From NCBI GenBank assembly GCA_949293555.1, contig CASFDV010000002.1, positions 106,210 through 170,209 on the forward strand: a stretch of 64,000 nucleotides of DNA. The letters run 5' to 3'. Shown one piece after another: positions 58,556 through 64,000 of the stretch; within the stretch, counting starts at the first letter, position 1; every line of letters begins with the position of its first letter. Made by a program: the position numbers and the translations under genes. Under the pieces are notes generated by a model, which saw nothing but the letters and a program-made list of their open reading frames with translations, was not told where the DNA came from and did no database searches. This DNA comes from an uncultured Bacillota bacterium (GTDB taxonomy: Bacteria; Bacillota_I; Bacilli_A; RFN20; CAG-826).

Positions 58556-59413
58556 ATGGCTCTCGAGAACATGGTCGGGATGCTCGGCAAGGCCCAGGAA
58601 GGGCGCTACGCTGTCGGGCAGTTCAACATCAACAACGTCGAATGGGTCGGGGCGATCCTCGACAAGGCGGAGGAGCTCAGGACTCCCGTCATCCTCGGCG
58701 TCAGCGAAGGCGCGATGCGCTACATGGGCGGCTGGAACACGGTCGTCGGCATGGTGAAGGGCTACATCCAGGACAAGAACATCACCGTCCCGGTCGCCAT
58801 CCACCTCGACCACGGCTCGTCCTTCGAAAGCTGCAAGGCCGCGATCGACGCCGGCTTCACCAGCGTCATGATCGACGGGAGCCACTATCCCCTCGAGGAG
58901 AACATCGCCCTCGTCAAGAAGGTCGTCGAGTACGCCCATCCGCGCGGGGTCTCCGTCGAGGCGGAGCTCGGCAAGGTCGGGGGACAGGAAGACGACGTGG
59001 TCGCCGAGACCATGTACGCCGACCCCGACGAATGCGTCCGCATGGTGAAGGAGACGGGCATCGACTGCCTCGCCCCCGCCCTCGGTTCCGTCCACGGGCC
59101 CTACCACGGGGAACCGAAGCTCGGCTTCAAGGAGATGGAGGTCATCCATAACCTCGTGAAGCTGCCGCTCGTCCTCCACGGAGGCTCGGGCATCCCCAAG
59201 GAGCAGATCCAGCGCGCGATCTCGCTTGGGACCTGCAAGATCAACGTCAACACCGAGTGCCAGCAGTACTGGGCCAGGATCGTCCGCGAGGTGATCGCCA
59301 AGGACCAGAAGGTGTACGACCCCCGCAAGATCATCGGCCCCGGCAAGAAGGGCATCCAGGAGACGATGACCGAGCACTGCGAGTGGTTCGGCTGCATCGG
59401 CAAGGCCGAGTAA
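58556..59413 (+). CDS. fba: Class II fructose-bisphosphate aldolase
   Basis: [36 protein letters not shown]. Confidence 0.96.
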   Translation: MALENMVGMLGKAQEGRYAVGQFNINNVEWVGAILDKAEELRTPVILGVSEGAMRYMGGWNTVVGMVKGYIQDKNITVPVAIHLDHGSSFESCKAAIDAGFTSVMIDGSHYPLEENIALVKKVVEYAHPRGVSVEAELGKVGGQEDDVVAETMYADPDECVRMVKETGIDCLAPALGSVHGPYHGEPKLGFKEMEVIHNLVKLPLVLHGGSGIPKEQIQRAISLGTCKINVNTECQQYWARIVREVIAKDQKVYDPRKIIGPGKKGIQETMTEHCEWFGCIGKAE

Positions 59414-59471
59414 GGAACGGACGCTTTGGAAAGGGACCTTCGGGTCCCTTTCCTTTCCAAGGAGGGAAGAG

Positions 59472-60263
59472 ATGGATCGGAAGAAACTTCTGGAGGAGAT
59501 GATGCTCGCCATTCGCGGGGCGGAGGAAGGGATCCTCGAGGTGTACCGGACGGACTTCGCCGTCGAGACCAAGGATGACGATAGCCCCGTCACCGCTGCC
59601 GACAAGGGCGCGGACGGCTACCTGCGCGACTTTCTGCACGCGCGATATCCCGAAGCCGCCTTCCTCACCGAGGAACATAAGGACGACCTCCGGAGGCTTG
59701 GCGCATCTTCCCTCTTCGTCATCGATCCCGTCGACGGGACGAGCGACTTCGTCTCGAGGACCGGCGAGTTCACGACGAACCTCGCCTATGTGGAAGGGAA
59801 GGAAGTGACGATCGGCCTCATCAACTGGGTCGCCGGCCCCTACGTCTACTGGGCCATCCGCGGAGAAGGGGCCTGGCGGAGGGACAAGCTCACGGGGAAG
59901 GACGAAAGAATCCATGTCTCTTTGAGGAGAACGGACCTCCGCGTCCTCGTGAGCAGGAGCCATCTCCAGGAAGAGGAGAAGGAAGCCATCGAGAGGAACA
60001 AAGGCCTGATCAGCTCCGTCGAGGAAAAAGGCGCCGCCTTGAAGCTATGCATGATCGCGGAAGGAAGCGCCGACCTCACGTGGCGCTATTCCGCCGGTAC
60101 CAAGGAATGGGACACTGCGCCCGGGGAGCTTCTCGTCGAGGAGGCCGGAGGCGTCTTCCTGAAGCCAGACGGGACGCGCTACCTTCATAACCGCGAGGAC
60201 GTCCATAATCGCGAGGGGTATATCGCCGCGAATTCCCTCGAAGTCTTCCGAAAAGTCCGCTGA
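59472..60263 (+). CDS. cysQ: CysQ-like 3'(2'),5'-bisphosphate nucleotidase (IMPase family)
   Basis: SPVTAAD, IDPVDGT, EWDTA. Confidence 0.85.
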   Translation: MDRKKLLEEMMLAIRGAEEGILEVYRTDFAVETKDDDSPVTAADKGADGYLRDFLHARYPEAAFLTEEHKDDLRRLGASSLFVIDPVDGTSDFVSRTGEFTTNLAYVEGKEVTIGLINWVAGPYVYWAIRGEGAWRRDKLTGKDERIHVSLRRTDLRVLVSRSHLQEEEKEAIERNKGLISSVEEKGAALKLCMIAEGSADLTWRYSAGTKEWDTAPGELLVEEAGGVFLKPDGTRYLHNREDVHNREGYIAANSLEVFRKVR

Positions 60264-60321
60264 ATAGGGCGATATCCCTCTGGAAGGTCTATACTCGCCT
60301 CATAGAAAGGAGCTTATTGAT

Positions 60322-60555
60322 ATGCTCAAGTGGTGGAACAAGACCAGCAGGCTGGTCAAGCTCATCCTCCTCATCATCCCCTTCGTCAACTGGTGGGTGG
60401 TCCTCTTCGTCAGGTTCGCCGCCTTCCTCAACCATCCCAGCCTCCTGAGGCTCATCGTCCTCATCGCCTACCTCCTCCTCGGCTGGGCCTGGGGCTTCAT
60501 CGACTTCGTGTGGGTGCTTCTCTTTAACCACCTCACCTTCGCCAAGACGATGTAA
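60322..60555 (+). CDS. Small membrane protein (paralogue 1)
   Basis: SD AAAGGAG; hydrophobic 77 aa; KLILLIIPF motif. Confidence 0.75.
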   Translation: MLKWWNKTSRLVKLILLIIPFVNWWVVLFVRFAAFLNHPSLLRLIVLIAYLLLGWAWGFIDFVWVLLFNHLTFAKTM

Positions 60556-60564
60556 GACGGCCTC

Positions 60565-60807
60565 GTGAAAGAGTTCCTCTCCTCCGCCGACGCGCTTCCC
60601 TCCTGGGCGAAGCTCGTCCTCATGATCCCGTTCCTCGACATCTTCTGGTGGATCTACCGGATCATCCGTTCCATCGATAGCGGGAACGCGCTCTGCCTCG
60701 TGCTTGGGATCGTCCTCCTTTTCGTGGGCATCCCCTTCTGGTGGCTGGTGGACATCGTCTACTACCTCCTCAAAGGGAAGGTGCTCGTCTTCGAGGATCT
60801 CCTCTAG
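60565..60807 (+). CDS. Small membrane protein (paralogue 2)
   Basis: Hydrophobic 80 aa; KLVLMIPF motif; terminator at 60817-60850. Confidence 0.75.
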   Translation: MKEFLSSADALPSWAKLVLMIPFLDIFWWIYRIIRSIDSGNALCLVLGIVLLFVGIPFWWLVDIVYYLLKGKVLVFEDLL

Positions 60808-60887
60808 CCCGCAGGCAAAAGAAGAGGCCGGGAGACCGGCCTCTTTTCTCTTTATCCTTGCAGAATGTGGTTTCTTTTGAGGAAATC

Positions 60888-61193
60888 CTATTTGGATTCC
60901 TCTGGTCTTTTCTTTGCTTCTTCCTTGCGGGCGAGATATTGGTCCATGACGTCCGTCGGGACGTTCATCGACCCGTCGCAGCGGATCACCCCCGGGACTT
61001 CTTCCATGAGGATGATCTCCACGCCCGCGGAAATGTCCTCGTCCACGTAGGCGCAGCCTTCGCATGCTCCCACCATCCGGACGTAGACGACCCCGTCCTT
61101 GAAGCCGACGTACTCGATGTCGCCGCCTTCCCTCCGGAGGAAGGGGCGGATCTTGTCCAGGACCGCCTCTATCTTCTCCTCGATCGCTTCCAT
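60888..61193 (-). CDS. NifU C-terminal (Nfu-type) Fe-S carrier
   Basis: IRPFLRREGGDIE..GACEGC. Confidence 0.9.
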   Translation of the reverse strand: MEAIEEKIEAVLDKIRPFLRREGGDIEYVGFKDGVVYVRMVGACEGCAYVDEDISAGVEIILMEEVPGVIRCDGSMNVPTDVMDQYLARKEEAKKRPEESK

Positions 61194-61291
61194 CCCATCA
61201 CCCTCGAGCACTATTTCCTTGCGCGTGGCGTAATATAGCGCGGAACGGATGCCCGCGCATTCCTGACGGCATCCGGAAGCGAGGTAACGAT

Positions 61292-62995
61292 ATGAAGAAA
61301 GAACTAGCGAAGTTCGAGGACTGGCCCTTCCGCGTCCCGAACTGGAAGAAGGTCGGGGAGAAGATCGACAGCCTGACCGACCAATTCGTCGGGGCCAAGG
61401 ACGAGAAGGGCGCCCTCAAGGCGTTCAAGGCGATGAGCCGCTACATGGAGAAGGTGGAGGACCAGCTGACGCACATCTCCGTCCTCTTCACCCTCGACAC
61501 GAGGAACCCGAAGTACGTGAAGGCGAACGCGGAGATGGACGAGAACTCGCCCGTGCTCGCCGCGAAGAACCTCCGGTTCGCGAAGGCCCTCCTAGAGAGC
61601 CCCTACCGCCCCTTCCTCGAGAAGAAGCTCGGCTCCTTTCTCTTCCAGATGTACGAGTACTCCCTCAAGGGCTTCGACGAGAGGATCGTCGAGGACTCCG
61701 TCGAGGAGAATCGCCTCACGAGCGAGTACGGCTCCACCATCGCGCACGCCGAGGTGCCCTTCCGCGGCGAGGTCTACAACCTCCCCCAGATGGGCAAGTT
61801 CATGGTCGACCAGGACCGGGAGACGAGGAAGGAAGCCTCCGAGGCCTATTACGCCTACCTCTCGACCATCCGTCCGAAGCTCGAGGACATCTACGACCGC
61901 CTCGTCCATGTCCGCGACCGCATGGCGAAGAAGCTCGGCTACAAGAGCTACGTCGAGCTCGCCTACGTCAAGATGAACCGCTTCGACTACACGCCGGAGG
62001 AGGTCGCCGCCTATCGCGAGAGCATCCATGACTACGTCACTCCTCTCGCGGAAAAGCTCTTCCGCGCCCAGGCGAAGAGGATCGGCATCCGGAACATGCG
62101 CGTGTACGACCTGAACGTCCAGTTCCCGGACGGGAACCCCCTGCCCCGCGGGACGACCGAGGAGAAGGTGGAGGCAGCCAAGGTCATGTACAAGGCCCTC
62201 TCGCCGGAGACCGACCACTACTTCAACTTCATGGTGGACCACCACCTGCTCTTCCTCGACGCGAAGCCAGGGAAGCAGTCGGGCGGCTACATGACCTACT
62301 TCCCGGTGGAGAAGACCCCGATCATCTTCAGCAATTTCAACGGGACGTCCGGGGACGTCGACGTCCTCACCCACGAGTTCGGCCATAGCTTCCAGGCCTA
62401 TCTCGCCGGGGACATCAAGATCCCTGAGTACCGGATGCCGACGATGGAGTCCTGCGAGATCGACTCCATGTCCATGGAGTTCTTCGCCGAGCCCTACATG
62501 GACCTCTTCTTCGACGAGCCCGTCAAGTACCGCTACCTCCACCTCGCGGACAGCATCTCCTTCCTGCCCTACGGGGTCACCGTCGACGAGTTCCAGCACT
62601 GGGTGTACGAGAACCCGGACGCGACGAAGGAGGAGAGGAACGCCAAGTGGCATGAGCTCGAGCTCAAGTACACGCCATGGAAGGTGAAGGCCTACGAGGG
62701 CTGTCCCTACATGATGGAGGGCGGACGCTGGCTCACCCAGTCCCACATCTTCAACTCGCCCTTCTACTACATCGACTACACCCTCGCCCAGGTCATCGCC
62801 TTCCAGTTCTTCAACCTCGACCGGAAGGATCACGGGAAGGCGTGGAAGAAGTACCTCCGCCTTTGCAAGATGGGCGGGAAATACCCGTTCCGCACCCTCC
62901 TCAGGAAGGCGGGCCTCAAGGATCCCTTCGTCGAAGGGACTCTGAAGAGGACCATCCAGCCCCTCAAGAAGGTGCTCAAGGACTACGGCATCTAG
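61292..62995 (+). CDS. M3 family oligoendopeptidase (PepF-like)
   Basis: HEFGH zincin motif, GK.SGGY.T, EI.SMSME, PFYYIDY. Confidence 0.93.
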   Translation: MKKELAKFEDWPFRVPNWKKVGEKIDSLTDQFVGAKDEKGALKAFKAMSRYMEKVEDQLTHISVLFTLDTRNPKYVKANAEMDENSPVLAAKNLRFAKALLESPYRPFLEKKLGSFLFQMYEYSLKGFDERIVEDSVEENRLTSEYGSTIAHAEVPFRGEVYNLPQMGKFMVDQDRETRKEASEAYYAYLSTIRPKLEDIYDRLVHVRDRMAKKLGYKSYVELAYVKMNRFDYTPEEVAAYRESIHDYVTPLAEKLFRAQAKRIGIRNMRVYDLNVQFPDGNPLPRGTTEEKVEAAKVMYKALSPETDHYFNFMVDHHLLFLDAKPGKQSGGYMTYFPVEKTPIIFSNFNGTSGDVDVLTHEFGHSFQAYLAGDIKIPEYRMPTMESCEIDSMSMEFFAEPYMDLFFDEPVKYRYLHLADSISFLPYGVTVDEFQHWVYENPDATKEERNAKWHELELKYTPWKVKAYEGCPYMMEGGRWLTQSHIFNSPFYYIDYTLAQVIAFQFFNLDRKDHGKAWKKYLRLCKMGGKYPFRTLLRKAGLKDPFVEGTLKRTIQPLKKVLKDYGI

Positions 62996-63020
62996 CGAAG
63001 GGACCTTCTCAGGAATCCCG

Positions 63021-63044
63021 GCCACCCGCGAGGGTGGCTTTTTC
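63021..63044 (+). terminator. Rho-independent terminator
   Basis: GCCACCC-GCGA-GGGTGGC-TTTTT. Confidence 0.8.
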
Positions 63045-63153
63045 TATCGGATGGTTTCTTTTCTAGTAAACATACGAAAACAGAAGAATTCCTAGGACAA
63101 AAACCATATGGAAACATACTTTTTCCAGTCTCTTTCCCTTGGAAAATTGGGCC

Positions 63154-63825
63154 ATGAAAAAGACATGCTGCGATCGCGAGACTTTGTCCCGCCTGCTCCG
63201 GGGCTCAAGGAACCCCGAGCCCACCATGGGGATCCCGTCCCTCAAGGGCTGGTTCTCCTGCCTCCCCTCGGGAAAGCTCGTCCGTTACGAGGAAAGGAGA
63301 AAGGCCACAAAGAGGGACCTTATCCATTTCTATACGGCCGATCGGAAGTTTCTCTCGTTCCTCGAGCATCCAGGGCGGCGGGCGGACGAGCTAAGGGGTG
63401 CCGCGGGGATCATCGGCCCTGACCCGACGATCCTCGCCTACGAGCCTCTCGCCCTTCAGATAGAGGGAATCTTCTGGTCGCGCGCGGTTTCCGCTTACTG
63501 CGAGTCCCTTGGGATTCCCGTCGTCCCGAACATCCGCTGGGGCGACAGGGAGAGTTTCCGCTATGCCTTCTCCGGGATACCCGTCGGTTCCCTGGTGGCG
63601 ATCGGGACGCTCGGGCTCATGAAGAAGAGGAAGGGGATGGACGGATTGGCGCGCCTTCTTTTCAAGGAAGGCCTGAAGCAGATGGTCGAAAGGATCAGGC
63701 CGAAGGCGATCCTTATCTACGGGCCTGCCCCGGAGGACGTATTCGGCCCCTATCGGGATGTCATTCCCATTCACCGCTATCCAAGCCAGATCGAGATCGC
63801 CCATTCCCGAAAGGAGGAAAACTGA
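63154..63825 (+). CDS. DUF4417 domain protein
   Basis: HFY..D..F, PD...Y, GIPVVPNIRW....F.GIP....A.GT.G, ILIYG. Confidence 0.8.
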   Translation: MKKTCCDRETLSRLLRGSRNPEPTMGIPSLKGWFSCLPSGKLVRYEERRKATKRDLIHFYTADRKFLSFLEHPGRRADELRGAAGIIGPDPTILAYEPLALQIEGIFWSRAVSAYCESLGIPVVPNIRWGDRESFRYAFSGIPVGSLVAIGTLGLMKKRKGMDGLARLLFKEGLKQMVERIRPKAILIYGPAPEDVFGPYRDVIPIHRYPSQIEIAHSRKEEN

Positions 63826-63826
63826 T

Positions 63827-64000
63827 ATGGGCGGGGGAGTCTTCAAGAATGAATTCGCGAACCATCCGGACCTTGCGGAGGACGCGGGGGACTATGCTGA
63901 CCGTCATAAGGGGGCGAAGGAAGCGCTTGAGGAGGCGAAGGACTCCAACAACAAGACGGGAACCCTTGAGGCTGAGGATCCCAATTCCGCGACCAAGGAG
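63827..64000 (+). CDS. Hypothetical protein (partial, runs off window)
   Basis: SD AAGGAGG, starts MGGGVFKNEF, open to the window end. Confidence 0.6.
   Translation, partial: MGGGVFKNEFANHPDLAEDAGDYADRHKGAKEALEEAKDSNNKTGTLEAEDPNSATKE

Noticed and set aside
13031-63025. Long antisense ORFs (e.g. 13031-14437, 19517-21223, 41344-42639, 56175-58199, 61592-63025)
   Set aside because: Shadow frames of real genes caused by high GC3 codon bias; no recognisable motifs

Overview
A 64-kb chromosomal segment of a GC-rich, genome-reduced Bacillota (Bacilli) bacterium. Type-B RNase P RNA next to gpsB, plus rpoE-delta, recU, dnaD-nth, rny-ymdB-miaB and SufCDSUB support Bacilli; an RFN20/RF39-like gut lineage is only an inference. 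Genetic code 11. Most of the window is housekeeping: rarA, recX-yhaM, hit, suf, mnmG-rsmG-parA-parB, FMN riboswitch-ribU, cmk-der-hup, cca-dnaD-nth, recU, gpsB-rnpB-pgsA-cinA-recA-rny-ymdB-miaB-miaA-tcdA-fhs, ychF-ispF-argS-rpoE-fba and an M3 peptidase. An accessory block at about 4.5-9.6 kb holds the most unusual items. (1) A (CT)10 tract sits inside a short leader ORF upstream of an intrinsic terminator and a large lipoprotein gene; only one repeat phase lets translation cross the terminator and couple to the lipoprotein start, suggesting phase variation by attenuation. (2) A 23-bp-period repeat array precedes an AAA+/DUF4143 ATPase-nuclease that converges on a split-HNH-like protein. Other oddities: a MiaB-RicA(YmcA)-like fusion, a giant PrsA-like foldase with a candidate degenerate partner, a head-only CCA-type nucleotidyltransferase, a ParB with a degenerate CTP motif, recurrent leaderless gene starts, and rpsA and ponA missing from their usual loci. 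All calls are by eye from motifs and synteny; no database search was run.
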